Shown here piece after piece: positions 20,112 to 30,647 of a stretch of DNA of 58,101 nt (position 1 is the first letter of the stretch; each line of letters opens with the position of its first letter). Under the pieces are notes generated by a model. The model did no database searches and was not told the DNA's origin. It worked only from the letters and a program-made list of their open reading frames with translations. A program made the position numbers and the translations under genes. Source of the stretch: an uncultured Acidobacteriaceae bacterium (GTDB lineage: Bacteria; Acidobacteriota; Terriglobia; Terriglobales; Acidobacteriaceae); NCBI GenBank assembly GCA_964246765.1, contig CAXTRW010000002.1, forward strand, positions 1 through 58,101. The letters run 5' to 3'.

Positions 20112-20429
20112 GTGGACAAAGCTGCAATGTTGAGCGGGATTCTGGAGGCGAACCCGAAAGACGCGTTTGCGCGCTACGGGCTTGCGATGGAGTATGCCGG
20201 GCGCGATGATTTCGAGCAGGCTTTGCGAGAGTTCGCGCGGCTGCTCGAAGACAATCCCGGCTACACGCCCGGGTACTTTATGGCGGCCCAAACCCTGGCT
20301 CGGGCAGGACGGGTATCCGAAGCGAAGCAGCATTTGCAGCTCGGCATTGAGAGCGCGCAGCATGAAGGCAACAGCCATGCTCAACGCGAGATGCAGGCCA
20401 TGCTCGACGAGTTGGAGCTGGACAGCTGA
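20112..20429 (+). CDS. Tetratricopeptide repeat protein
   Basis: NPKDAFARYGLAMEY...NPGYTPGYFMAAQ; GTG start at 20112 chosen. Confidence 0.85.
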   Translation: MDKAAMLSGILEANPKDAFARYGLAMEYAGRDDFEQALREFARLLEDNPGYTPGYFMAAQTLARAGRVSEAKQHLQLGIESAQHEGNSHAQREMQAMLDELELDS

Positions 20430-20508
20430 CCCCGGCACTCCCCATGGCCCTATTCGGCCCCGGGCGACGGCAGCGAGGGCGGGTGCGTACGGAAAGGCAT
20501 GATTTGCG

Positions 20509-21111
20509 ATGAAGATCGCGTTGTTTCCCCTCGATGTGGTGCTGTTCCCCGGCGTGCCGTTGCCGCTGCACATTTTTGAGGAGCGCTATAAGGAGATGAT
20601 GCTCGAGTGCCTGGGCGGCAATCTCGAGTTTGGCGTGGTGCGGGCGCAGCGCGAAGGCCTCGCGATCGTGGGCTGCACGGCGGTCATCTCGCGCGTGCTG
20701 CGCCGCTACCCGGACGGACAAATGGACCTGCTATGCGAGGGCAAGCGCCGGTTCGAAATCGAACAGCTGGAGAATTCCCGATCGTTTTTGCAGGCTGAGG
20801 TGGAATTCTTCGAAGACGAGCCGCTGGACTCGACCCGGCAGGAGCGCGGGGCGTGTGTGGCGCTGCACCTCGAGGTCTTAACCCTGGCCGGGGTCGGGCG
20901 CGAGAGCTACGCGCTTTCGCTCGACCGCTCGCTTTCCTTCCAACTGGCGTGGGAGCTGCCCGCCGATCTCAGCTTCAAGCAGGCCCTGCTGGTGAGCCGG
21001 TCGGATCGGGAGCGCACCGCGATGCTGCTCCGCTTTTACGAGGAGATCCTGCCCAAGCTGCGGATGGGCTCAGGTTCGCAAAGCCGCAATGGGCACGGGC
21101 CGATTATGTAG
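20509..21111 (+). CDS. LON peptidase substrate-binding domain protein
   Basis: LFPLDVVLFPGVPLPLHIFEERY. Confidence 0.93.
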   Translation: MKIALFPLDVVLFPGVPLPLHIFEERYKEMMLECLGGNLEFGVVRAQREGLAIVGCTAVISRVLRRYPDGQMDLLCEGKRRFEIEQLENSRSFLQAEVEFFEDEPLDSTRQERGACVALHLEVLTLAGVGRESYALSLDRSLSFQLAWELPADLSFKQALLVSRSDRERTAMLLRFYEEILPKLRMGSGSQSRNGHGPIM

Positions 21112-21223
21112 CCCGAGGGCCCCCCTCAGTTATCCTTAAGGAACCCCCTCCTGCGGTCGTTACCCTCGCGGTTGATCATGGAGAGTTCTCAGCCTTGACG
21201 CTTCCCTTCCCCTTCTAGGAGCT

Positions 21224-22804
21224 TTGATCCCGATGTCCTCAAAAACACAAGCTGTTGCGACGCAGGCCGCGGGGCGCGAAGCCCTTCCGAAAACGCTTGG
21301 GGAGCTGCGCGGCCACCCTTTGTACGGCGAAGCGCGACTGCGCGACCGCTCCGTGAAAGACGAGCTACGCGAAAACCTGCTGGCGCGTTTGCGGGAAACG
21401 CGCGCGTCGCGGGAACCGCTGTTTCCCGGCATTGTGGGCTATGAGGATACAGTCGTTCCGCAGATCGTGAACGCCGTGCTGAGCCGCCACAACTTCATCC
21501 TGCTGGGGCTGCGCGGTCAGGCCAAGAGCCGCATCCTGCGCGCGCTCACGCACCTTCTGGACGAGTGGGCGCCGTACATCGCGGGCTCGGAGATCCGCGA
21601 CAACCCATGGAAGCCGCTGGCCAAGCACTCGCGCGATCTCCTCGCCGCGCACGGCGATCACACACCGATCGCCTGGATGAGCCGTGACGAGCGTTACGTG
21701 GAAAAGCTCGCGACCCCGGACGTGACTGTGGCCGACCTGGTCGGCGACCTCGACCCGATCAAGGCAGCCCGTGGAGGCCAGGACCTGTCCAACGAGCTGA
21801 CCATGCACTACGGGCTGCTTCCGCGCGCTAATCGCGGAATTTTCGCGATCAACGAGATTCCCGATTTGGCGGGAAAAATCCAGGTCGCGCTGTTCAACAT
21901 CATGCAGGAAGGCGATGTGCAGATTAAGGGCTACCCGGTTCGCCTGCAGCTGGACGTCGCGATCGTGTTCAGCGCCAACCCGGAGGACTACACGGCCCGC
22001 GGCAAGATCGTGACGCCGCTCAAGGACCGGATCGGCTCGGAAATCCGCACCCACTACCCGGAAACCTTGGCCGAGGGCATTGCGATCACCGAGCAGGAAG
22101 CCTGGGCCGTGCGCGGCGCGGGCGAGATCGAGATTCCGCGCTACCTGCGCGAAATCGTGGAGCAGGTCGCGTTTACCGCCCGCGGCGACAAGCGCGTGGA
22201 TAAGCGCTCCGGCGTGTCGCAGCGGCTGCCGATTTCGACCATGGAGCTGGTGATCTCAAACGCCGAGCGCCGGGCGCTGCTGCATGGCGAAGAACTGGTG
22301 CTGCCGCGCATCAGCGACCTGTACACGGCCATGCCGGGCATCACCGGCAAGATTGAGCTCGAGTACGAAGGCGAGATGCGAGGCGCCGACGTCGTGGTGC
22401 GCGAGCTCATCCGAACCGCGCTGGGCTCGGTATATGACGGCTACTTCGCCGAGACGAACACGCAGCAGATCGAGCAGTGGTTCAACCTGGGCGGCTCGCT
22501 CAAGATCGACGACACGGAGCCGTCCGCCGCGATCGCCTCGGAGCTCAAGCAGATCCAGGGCTTGTTCGAGAAGCTGCAGCCCTTGGGGGTGAAGGCCACC
22601 GACGCGCCCGAGCGCGTGGTGGGGGCGGCGGAGTTTCTGCTGGAAGGCATGGTGGCGCACCGCCGCCTGAGCCGCAACGAGGAGCGGGGCTTTGCCGCGG
22701 GCGACCGCAATCGGCGCAACGAGCGCGAACGCGGCGCGGGCGCGGATGAACAGGCGTACGAGGCGTGGCAGACGCGGCGCTCGAAGCGGGGCGGATTGAA
22801 CTAA
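21224..22804 (+). CDS. Mg-chelatase/MoxR-like AAA+ ATPase
   Basis: GLRGQAKS, LLPRANRGIFAINE, SANPEDYT, PLKDR. Confidence 0.9.
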   Translation: MIPMSSKTQAVATQAAGREALPKTLGELRGHPLYGEARLRDRSVKDELRENLLARLRETRASREPLFPGIVGYEDTVVPQIVNAVLSRHNFILLGLRGQAKSRILRALTHLLDEWAPYIAGSEIRDNPWKPLAKHSRDLLAAHGDHTPIAWMSRDERYVEKLATPDVTVADLVGDLDPIKAARGGQDLSNELTMHYGLLPRANRGIFAINEIPDLAGKIQVALFNIMQEGDVQIKGYPVRLQLDVAIVFSANPEDYTARGKIVTPLKDRIGSEIRTHYPETLAEGIAITEQEAWAVRGAGEIEIPRYLREIVEQVAFTARGDKRVDKRSGVSQRLPISTMELVISNAERRALLHGEELVLPRISDLYTAMPGITGKIELEYEGEMRGADVVVRELIRTALGSVYDGYFAETNTQQIEQWFNLGGSLKIDDTEPSAAIASELKQIQGLFEKLQPLGVKATDAPERVVGAAEFLLEGMVAHRRLSRNEERGFAAGDRNRRNERERGAGADEQAYEAWQTRRSKRGGLN

Positions 22805-22864
22805 AACGCTCTTGGACCAACAAGAGGGCCCCGCCCACGCAGGGCCTCTCCTGTCTGCTGAGGC

Positions 22865-24199
22865 TTACACGAAGCCCAGGGTTGGGGCGGAGAAGTTCGA
22901 GAGCCCCGGAAAAATGCCGTTGAGCGACGAGCCCGGCACGCCGAACCAAGCGGCCAGCGTGGCCATGTACTGGGAAAGAGCGGTGGTCGGCACAAACCGG
23001 CCCGTGCCGTCCAGGTCGTCCGGCCCGTTGATCTGCAGATTCGGGAAACTGCCGACGATGCGGCCGCCCTTGACCGCGCCGCCCAGGACCAAGTGATGCC
23101 CTCCCCATGCATGGTCGGTTCCGCCGGCGCTGTTCATCGCCAGGGAGCGCGAAAAATCGGATGCCGTGAACAGGGTTACGTTGTTGTACAGCCCGATCTC
23201 CTGCATCACCTGCATAAACGTGCCGAAGAACTGGTCCATCATTGGGAACAGCTGCGCCTGTGCGGAGCTCTGGCCTGTGTGGGTGTCGTAACCCTGCGCG
23301 TCGATCAGGAAAATCTGACGGCGGGCGCCGATGGCGTTGTGCAGCTGCATCATGGTGGCAACCGTGTACAGCTGGGCGGAGAGAGGGTTGTTCTGAGGGA
23401 AGTTGGTCGTAAACCCCTTCGCGCCCCCCAGGATGCCGTTGTAAAACGCGTTGTACTGGTAAGCCTGCTTATAAATCTGCTCATCGGCCTGGATCAGGCT
23501 GACATTGTTATCGAAGTTGAGCAGCTGTTGCGCCGCGGCCGCGCGAGGGTAGCAGGCCATATTTTCCGAACACCAGAAGCCTTGCTGCCGCGCGCCGTCG
23601 TTGGCCTGAAACGGCACTGCCGATTTGCCCCGTCCGAAGTTGGAAGCGTAGCCGACCAGCGTCACCATGGGCAGGTTCGAGGAGTTGTAGGAGCTGAGGG
23701 CGTCCGCGGTAAGCCCGGCCCAACTTTGCGTGAGGGTAGGGCTGTAGCCTCCCGACTCCCATGTTTCCTGCTGGGAGTCGTGCGCGAACAGGAGGTTGGG
23801 CAGTTGCGCGGCGGACGCCTTATACTGGGCCGCCGTGGTGGGCTGGACCAGAGGCCCCACGTTGGCGACCATGGCCGCATTGCCGGACGTAAAGGCGTGC
23901 TGGAGGTTGATAAAAGCCGGATGGAGGCCGAAGTTCGTGTTCGGCAGGGGAAGCAGCTGTCCTTGCCCGACGCCGCCCGATCCCCGAGCTTGGTTGTAGG
24001 CGTTGTACTGCGACCCGCTGATGGGTACCAGCATGTTATTGCTGTCGTTGCCGCCCCGCATAAACAGGCAAACGATGGCCTTGTAGTCGTTGCCGCCGGC
24101 GGACTGAGCCAGCGCCGACATAGAGCGGAGCGGGGACAGGCCTGACATTTGAGCCAGGGCCGCCCAGGACGCGGATTTCAAGAAAGTTCTGCGCTGCAT
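22865..24199 (-). CDS. DUF1501 family Tat-exported protein
   Basis: MQRRTFLK Tat signal, GGNDSNN, GYDTH, SDFSR, GTDHAWGG. Confidence 0.92.
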   Translation of the reverse strand: MQRRTFLKSASWAALAQMSGLSPLRSMSALAQSAGGNDYKAIVCLFMRGGNDSNNMLVPISGSQYNAYNQARGSGGVGQGQLLPLPNTNFGLHPAFINLQHAFTSGNAAMVANVGPLVQPTTAAQYKASAAQLPNLLFAHDSQQETWESGGYSPTLTQSWAGLTADALSSYNSSNLPMVTLVGYASNFGRGKSAVPFQANDGARQQGFWCSENMACYPRAAAAQQLLNFDNNVSLIQADEQIYKQAYQYNAFYNGILGGAKGFTTNFPQNNPLSAQLYTVATMMQLHNAIGARRQIFLIDAQGYDTHTGQSSAQAQLFPMMDQFFGTFMQVMQEIGLYNNVTLFTASDFSRSLAMNSAGGTDHAWGGHHLVLGGAVKGGRIVGSFPNLQINGPDDLDGTGRFVPTTALSQYMATLAAWFGVPGSSLNGIFPGLSNFSAPTLGFV

Positions 24200-24217
24200 G
24201 AGATTCTCCGTAAGTTC

Positions 24218-25912
24218 CTAGTTAGTAACCCTGTACTGCGGCGAGGTAACGATGAGGTAAATGACGCAGCGCACCATGGTGCCGGTGTCTAAGTGCTGCA
24301 CCGAATTCACGATGGCCTGCTGCATGTCCTGGGTCATGGTGCCGTGCAGGAGCAGCGCGTCCATTAGATTGACAAAGCCTGCCGCCCCGGAACCGGCCGC
24401 CATTTGATACCACGTGCTTTTGGGGCCGAGGTCGAGTGAAAACTCGTTTGCCCGGGAGGCGGAAAGGCTGAAGTTATTGTTCAGAGCGTCTTGCAGGTGC
24501 AGAGTGGCCCAAGAAATCGTAACCGTGTTTTCATTTTGGAACTCCGGCGCATACAGGCCGTTCGGGAGCTGAAAATTAGGCGAGTAATAGCTGAACACGC
24601 TTGGCTCGGCGCGCGGAACTTCGTCCAGATTGGCGAGCAAAGTGCCGAACACGCCATCATAGAAGCCGACGTTCGGGACGGAGGCCCCCGATGTGGCCGA
24701 AAGAGACCGCATCACCGAAGCCCACCAAAGTATCGGGTCGCGGAGCTTGCCGCCGTTCGGGTCGGATGCGGTGGGCGAGTCGGCCGCGCGGGCTTCCGGA
24801 TCGAGCAGAATGGCGCGCAGCACGGACTTCATATCCCCGCGCACGCCCGAGCCGTTATCGACAAACACCTGAGCGACCCGGCTGATGTAGCCGGGAGATG
24901 GATTGCTCCGTACCAGGGACTGGATGAGGCGGCGAGACACAAAGGGCGGCAGCGAAGGATCGTTGAATATGTTCTGGAGGGCGCCGTCGAGGTCCTGTTG
25001 CGCCGTTTGCCCGGCCGGGAGTACCGTGCCGCGCAACAGAGTTTTAGCGACGGTGCTGTGCTGCCCGGCCATGGGAACCATGGGGCAGTTCTGGCCCGGC
25101 GGCATCGGGTACCAATAGTAGTTCGCGCGCGAGGGCGTCGAGCAGTCCGGGTTGGCGAAGGTCCAGCCTGTGTAGGCTAGGGCGAAGTTCTGCACCTGGG
25201 CCTGGGTGTATGTGGGTACCGGGTTGCCGCTGCCGTCGAGTTTTGGGCTGCCGTCTTGGTTGAGCGCCGTGGGTCCGATGGAGAACAGCTGCATCAGTTC
25301 GCGGGCCCAGTTTTCGTCCGCGTGCTCCCCCGGCGCCGGAGCGAAACTGTCCGCCATGTTCAGATAAGTACCCATCGCGGGCGACAGCGCCACATCGTGC
25401 ATGAGGTTGTACCAATTGCCGAAAGCGTCGTTGGACAGGATATTCAAAAAGTTGGGCATGTACCGTGGATCGACCGACTCGACCGAGACCACAAACAACT
25501 TACTCAGCTCGAAAGCTACCCGCTGGCGCAGCTGGTCCTGGCCGAACAGAATGTCGTTCCACCAGTAATACTCGGTGGAGCACTCAAAAGAGCCGCAGTC
25601 TCCCAAGGAAACCGGGTTAGGGTTGGCCAGCGGTATTTGGTAAGCCGGCTGGGCGAGCTGCCGGTCAATATATGCACTGACGCCGATATTTTCTACATTG
25701 AAGACATCGTTGTAGGTGGGGCCGAAGCCGGTCTGGTTGAGAATGCGGCCCGCGGCCTGTAGGGAGGTGGATGTGTTCGAGTTCCAGCCGGTGTTTACCA
25801 CCGGACTGCTTTGTGCAAGCGCTGCAATACAGGGCAACGCAAGCGCGCCTATGCTGGCGGCGCGCGCCGCGGTGCGACCCGATCGTTTCAGTGAATACCT
25901 GCGGTAAACCAT
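24218..25912 (-). CDS. DUF1800 family protein
   Basis: DQLRQRVAFELS, SPAMGTYL, DENWARELMQLFSIG; AAGGAG RBS before ATG 25912. Confidence 0.92.
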   Translation of the reverse strand: MVYRRYSLKRSGRTAARAASIGALALPCIAALAQSSPVVNTGWNSNTSTSLQAAGRILNQTGFGPTYNDVFNVENIGVSAYIDRQLAQPAYQIPLANPNPVSLGDCGSFECSTEYYWWNDILFGQDQLRQRVAFELSKLFVVSVESVDPRYMPNFLNILSNDAFGNWYNLMHDVALSPAMGTYLNMADSFAPAPGEHADENWARELMQLFSIGPTALNQDGSPKLDGSGNPVPTYTQAQVQNFALAYTGWTFANPDCSTPSRANYYWYPMPPGQNCPMVPMAGQHSTVAKTLLRGTVLPAGQTAQQDLDGALQNIFNDPSLPPFVSRRLIQSLVRSNPSPGYISRVAQVFVDNGSGVRGDMKSVLRAILLDPEARAADSPTASDPNGGKLRDPILWWASVMRSLSATSGASVPNVGFYDGVFGTLLANLDEVPRAEPSVFSYYSPNFQLPNGLYAPEFQNENTVTISWATLHLQDALNNNFSLSASRANEFSLDLGPKSTWYQMAAGSGAAGFVNLMDALLLHGTMTQDMQQAIVNSVQHLDTGTMVRCVIYLIVTSPQYRVTN

Positions 25913-26217
25913 TGCTCTGCTCCTTCGCTGTGAGTACAGTACCGGAAGATTTCCGGGTAGCAAAAGTTAATTTCTTAGCATTACTTTTTGACTGGATGTT
26001 GACCCTGCTTCGAAGATATTACCCATAGTTCCTGAACATATGACATTCCCCATCCTGGGGATATTGAGGGAAGGTAACGGTACCGTTTGGTTAGGGAGCT
26101 ATCTGCGCGTGACTCGGCCCGCGGGTAGGCTCCCACGTCCGGGGCTAGAGAGAAGCGCGTTGACCGCGGCAAACCGCAGCGGTTGCGCCCGGGAGTGCAA
26201 AAGCGGAAAATAATTCC

Positions 26218-27444
26218 ATGAAGCGTGTGCGTTACACCAAATACAACGGCGACCTGGCGGCCGAGCTGGACATGGAAGATCTGCTCGAAGCCCTGAGCGA
26301 TTACCTGCTCGACTCGGGATTTCAAAACCCGATGAGCCAATTCCAGGACCTGGACCAGACCATGGAGGATCTGAAAGAAGCGCTGCGCAGGGCGATGGAG
26401 TCGGGCGAGTTATTTGATGAAGCCACACAGGAGAAGGTAGAAAAGTTACAGGCAGAAGGTAAGTTTGACCAGTTCCTCGACCAGCTCATGGATAGGATGG
26501 AGCAGGAAAACTACATCCGGAGCAAGGGCGAACCAACCGCCGACCCAGGCCAGGGGCAGAGCGGCGGCGGGGAAACCGAGGCCCGCTTCGAGGTCACGGA
26601 TAAGAGCCTGGACTTTCTCGGGTTCAAGACGCTGAGCCACCTGCTCGGCTCGCTCGGCAAGGCCAGCGCCGGGCGCCACGACACGCCGCACTACTCGACC
26701 GGGATCGAGAACAGCGGCGGGTCCAAGCAGTACGAGTTCGGCGACACGCTGAACCTGGACACGACCGCCACTCTGGGCTCGGCCATCGCGCGGCAGGGCG
26801 CGCACATGCCGCTCGAGCTTGAATACTCCGACCTCCACGTTCACCAGTCCGAGTACCAAAGCTCCTGTGCCACAGTGGTCATGCTGGACTGCTCCCACTC
26901 CATGATCCTCTACGGCGAGGACCGCTTTACCCCGGCCAAGCGCGTCGCCATGGCGATGTCACACCTGATCCGGACGCAGTATCCGGCCGATTCGCTGTCG
27001 CTGGTTCTGTTTCACGACTCCGCCGAAGAACTGCCGATTTCGCAGCTGCCCCGGGTCAAGGTCGGGCCGCACTATACCAACACCCGCGAAGGCCTGCGGG
27101 TGTCGCGGCGCATCCTAGAGCGGCAACGCAAGGACATGAAGCAGATCGTCATGATCACCGACGGTAAGCCCTCGGCTCTCACCCTGCCCGACGGCCGCAT
27201 CTACAAGAACGCTTTCGGACTGGACCCGCTGGTAGTCAGCGAAACCCTCGAAGAGGTCAACCGCTGCAAGCGCTCCAACGTGATGATCAATACATTTATG
27301 CTGGCGAGCGACTACGGTCTGATGCAGTTCGTGCAGAAGGTAACTGCGATGTGCCGGGGCAAGGCCTACTTCACCACGCCGGACACCCTGGGCGAATACC
27401 TGCTGATGGACTACATGCAGCGCAAGATGAAGACCGTGCACTAA
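26218..27444 (+). CDS. VWA domain protein (likely partner of the AAA+ ATPase)
   Basis: MIDAS motif DCSHSM, HYTNT, ITDGKPS. Confidence 0.92.
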   Translation: MKRVRYTKYNGDLAAELDMEDLLEALSDYLLDSGFQNPMSQFQDLDQTMEDLKEALRRAMESGELFDEATQEKVEKLQAEGKFDQFLDQLMDRMEQENYIRSKGEPTADPGQGQSGGGETEARFEVTDKSLDFLGFKTLSHLLGSLGKASAGRHDTPHYSTGIENSGGSKQYEFGDTLNLDTTATLGSAIARQGAHMPLELEYSDLHVHQSEYQSSCATVVMLDCSHSMILYGEDRFTPAKRVAMAMSHLIRTQYPADSLSLVLFHDSAEELPISQLPRVKVGPHYTNTREGLRVSRRILERQRKDMKQIVMITDGKPSALTLPDGRIYKNAFGLDPLVVSETLEEVNRCKRSNVMINTFMLASDYGLMQFVQKVTAMCRGKAYFTTPDTLGEYLLMDYMQRKMKTVH

Positions 27445-27491
27445 AAGCGGGTTTGCCTACTTCCCCGGTTCCGGGGCATCTATTGGGCTGT

Positions 27492-28607
27492 ATGGGGGAA
27501 ACTCAGGAGATCCTGGCTCTGTGGCGGCGGGCCCGGGCGCGGGGCGAGCGTGTATGCCTGGCCACGGTGGCGCGGGTGGAGGGCTCATCGTATCGCAAGC
27601 CGGGCGCGCGCATGCTTGTAACCGAAAGCGGCGAGCGAGCAGGCACCATCAGCGGCGGCTGCCTGGAGGCTGAGGTAAGCCGCAAGTGCTGGTGGCTGTC
27701 CGGGCGCGGGCCGGTGGTAGAGCGGTACCAAAGCTCGTTCGACGAGGACGACGCGGGAGAGGGGGGACCCTCCTGGGGCCTAGGCTGCGGCGGCACGGTT
27801 TGGGTGTTGCTGGAGCAGGAGCCCGCGGACGTTCTTGCGGCGTTGGAGCGCTCAGTGGAGCGCGGGGAAGCTTCCGTGATCCTCTCCCGGCTTGAAGCCC
27901 CGGCCGGCAGCGAGGTTCCCGCGAGAGCAACGCTGGAAGCTCTGCCGGACCGGCTTGGGACCGCGGCGGCCAAGGCGTTGCGCGAGCGCCGAAGCTCGCA
28001 CCTGTCCGGCTGGTTTGTAGAGTACCTCGCGCCACCGCCGCGGCTCACGATCTTCGGCGCGGGCGACGACGCCGTTCCGATCGCGCTGTTCGCCGAAGCC
28101 CTGGGCTGGCGGATCGCGGTGGCCGACGGCCGCTCGCACCTGCTCCGTCCGGGGCGGTTTCCTGCCTCGGCCAAACTCCGATTGCTCGCCTATAGTGACC
28201 CGGCCTCTCCCTTGACCTGCGGCCCCGCTGCGCCGACGCACAGTCTCCCCAGCGTAGAAACCGGCACAGCCCCGGGCGAGCTCGCCGTGGTGCTCACTCA
28301 CTCCTACGACCAGGACCGCGCGCTCGCGGCTGCGCTCTTGCCGCGTGAGCTGCTCTACCTTGGCATCTTGGGGCCACGCCACAGGACCGCGCGGCTGGTC
28401 GAGGAGATCGCCCCGCAGCTGGGCTGGACGGTGAACGCGTGCTTCGCCCGGCTGCACGCGCCGGTGGGCCTGGACCTGGGGGCGCGCGACCCGGCCACCA
28501 TCGCGCTCGCGATCGTGGCCGAGATGCAGGCTGCCCTGGCCGGCCGAACTGTAACCGCCGCTCGCACCGCAGAGGAGCCGGAACCGCTCGCCGCCGCCCA
28601 TGGCTGA
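27492..28607 (+). CDS. XdhC/CoxI family Moco chaperone
   Basis: GSSYRKPGARM, GTISGGCLE, GLGCGG, FGAGDDA, LHAPVGLDLG. Confidence 0.93.
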   Translation: MGETQEILALWRRARARGERVCLATVARVEGSSYRKPGARMLVTESGERAGTISGGCLEAEVSRKCWWLSGRGPVVERYQSSFDEDDAGEGGPSWGLGCGGTVWVLLEQEPADVLAALERSVERGEASVILSRLEAPAGSEVPARATLEALPDRLGTAAAKALRERRSSHLSGWFVEYLAPPPRLTIFGAGDDAVPIALFAEALGWRIAVADGRSHLLRPGRFPASAKLRLLAYSDPASPLTCGPAAPTHSLPSVETGTAPGELAVVLTHSYDQDRALAAALLPRELLYLGILGPRHRTARLVEEIAPQLGWTVNACFARLHAPVGLDLGARDPATIALAIVAEMQAALAGRTVTAARTAEEPEPLAAAHG

Positions 28608-29172
28608 GGAAACGGCCGCCATCATGCTGGCCGCCGGGGCCTCTACCCGCCTGGGCCGGCCCAAACAGCTGGTCGAATATCAGGGCGAGACGCTGCTGCG
28701 CCGGGCCGCCCGGCTCGCCCTGGCAGCCGGCGCCGACCCGGTGATCGCGGTGGTGGGGGCTGAAGCGCAAGCCTGTCGCGACGCCCTGCTCGACCTGGCG
28801 GTAGCCGTGGTCCCCAACCCGCAGTACGCGGAGGGCATGGGCAGCTCACTGCGATTCGGCATGGCGGCGTTGGCCGACTTTGCGCCCACCGCCGGAAGGG
28901 TACTCCTGCTGGTGTGCGATCAGCCGCTGCTGCGCCCCGAGCACCTCCGCGCTTTGCTTGCCGCGCCCGGCAGCATTGCCGCGGCCCAGTACGGCAACCG
29001 CCTGGGCGTCCCCGCGGTTTTCAGCCGGGAACACTTCCCCGCCCTTGCCGCCGCGGCCGGCGACCGGGGCGCGCGTGAGCTTCTTCGCTCCCTGATCGTC
29101 ACTCCGGTGCCCATGCCCGAAGCAGCCGTCGATATCGATCGCCCTGAGGACCTCGGCGCGCTCGGCACCTAG
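28600..29172 (+). CDS. Molybdenum cofactor cytidylyltransferase (MocA-like)
   Basis: LAAGASTRLGRPKQL, GMGSSL, CDQP, DIDRPED. Confidence 0.9.
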   Translation: MAEETAAIMLAAGASTRLGRPKQLVEYQGETLLRRAARLALAAGADPVIAVVGAEAQACRDALLDLAVAVVPNPQYAEGMGSSLRFGMAALADFAPTAGRVLLLVCDQPLLRPEHLRALLAAPGSIAAAQYGNRLGVPAVFSREHFPALAAAAGDRGARELLRSLIVTPVPMPEAAVDIDRPEDLGALGT

Positions 29173-29175
29173 CTC

Positions 29176-30504
29176 TTATTGCGGCTTGCCGACGTTTTTC
29201 GGCGCGCTCGGGCGGGCTGCGGGCGCCTGGTGCACCGGCCTTTGATCTGTCACGCTGGGCAGTCTGCCGGGCTCGGGGCGCACCCCGTCCTCGGCCCAGC
29301 GGGCGAGCTCGTCGAAAGCCTCGCCCACCTGGTCCGGCGTAAGATTGCAGTGGCCGTCGCGGTCCACATACTGCTGCACGAAGCGCTCGCCCACGCCCAG
29401 CCGGCGGGTCAGCTCGTCATAGTAGCCGGCAGTGGAGGCCGGCACCAGCGGGTCGTACAACGTGTGTAGCGCCAGCAGCGGCCGCTTTAGCTGGCCCGTG
29501 GGCGAGCCGAACTCGGCCACATACGCGAGTGCCTTCGGGTCCGCGGCATAGCGTCGGACGCGCGTGTTCAGGGCGCTGTCGTCGGTGGTGCCGGTGTAGA
29601 TCAGGTTGCGGTTGTCAAACGGGTTGCCGCCGGACTTGTCGCGCAAATCCTGGATCACAAACGTGTTGAACACCAGCACATCCGCCAGGCCTCGGTTGGT
29701 GTGGATGTCGGCGAGCGAGCGCAGCAGCGCCGCCTCGTTCGGGTGCGCGTCGAGCGCCCGGAGCACCAACGCCGCCGTTTGAGGGTCGTTCATCCGGAAC
29801 CCCGTCGGGATGTGCTCCACATCCGGCAGCACGCCGGGGAAAAACGCGTCAAACGCCACCCGATTGGCAAAGGCGCGCTGCATGATCAGGTCCGCGGGGG
29901 TGAGCACTCCGCACAGGGAGAGCCCCGCAGCATAGTCGCGCGGATGCCGCTCCAGGGTAAGCACCGTGAGCAGGCCGCCCATGCTCTGGCCGACCACGAA
30001 GACCTCCTCCGGCCGGCCGTAGTGGCGCGCGAAGTACTGGCGCAGGTCTTCCGCGTCCCCGGTCGCGGTCGCGATGGCCCAGCCGCCGGTCTTGTATCCC
30101 GGCTGCGCGACTGCGTAGCCCCTCTGCAGCAGCTGGGCCAGCAGGCGCGATGGAGGGTTGGGCGCGTGGGTCGCGGGGTTAATGCGAAACAGCTGCGGCG
30201 CCGACTGGTAGCCGTGGTAATACACCACCAGCTTGCGGTTCCAGCTCTCGGGCGTGGCGTTGGGCACGTCAATCCGAAAGGACGAGCCGCGCAGCTCTCC
30301 TTCCTCCGTGTGCAACGGCACCGTCGGGGCCGAGCGGGCGGGCTCGCTTTCGGGCGGCTGTGAAAGCGCAGTCTGCACAGGCGCCGGCACGGGCGGACCG
30401 GCCGACGTGACCCCCAAGGGCGCGCCTGTGTTTTGGGTCCAGCCGGGCGCGGCCGCGAGCAGGCCGAGGGAAACCAAAATGCACGGGGTGAGCGGAAACC
30501 TCAT
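29176..30504 (-). CDS. Secreted alpha/beta hydrolase
   Basis: Signal peptide, HGY, GQSMGG nucleophile elbow, DPLVP, GHC. Confidence 0.88.
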   Translation of the reverse strand: MRFPLTPCILVSLGLLAAAPGWTQNTGAPLGVTSAGPPVPAPVQTALSQPPESEPARSAPTVPLHTEEGELRGSSFRIDVPNATPESWNRKLVVYYHGYQSAPQLFRINPATHAPNPPSRLLAQLLQRGYAVAQPGYKTGGWAIATATGDAEDLRQYFARHYGRPEEVFVVGQSMGGLLTVLTLERHPRDYAAGLSLCGVLTPADLIMQRAFANRVAFDAFFPGVLPDVEHIPTGFRMNDPQTAALVLRALDAHPNEAALLRSLADIHTNRGLADVLVFNTFVIQDLRDKSGGNPFDNRNLIYTGTTDDSALNTRVRRYAADPKALAYVAEFGSPTGQLKRPLLALHTLYDPLVPASTAGYYDELTRRLGVGERFVQQYVDRDGHCNLTPDQVGEAFDELARWAEDGVRPEPGRLPSVTDQRPVHQAPAARPSAPKNVGKPQ

Positions 30505-30647
30505 TGCTGGGAATGGTACTGGGCCATTTCGGTTCCGCCAAGACGGGTCTATGCCCAAATTGGGAAAGCGATGGCCAACGGCTTGAAAAAAGGCGTTCCT
30601 CGCGCTCGTTTTCACTGGTAGGCTTCGTGCTGTTGGAAGGAGGCCGC

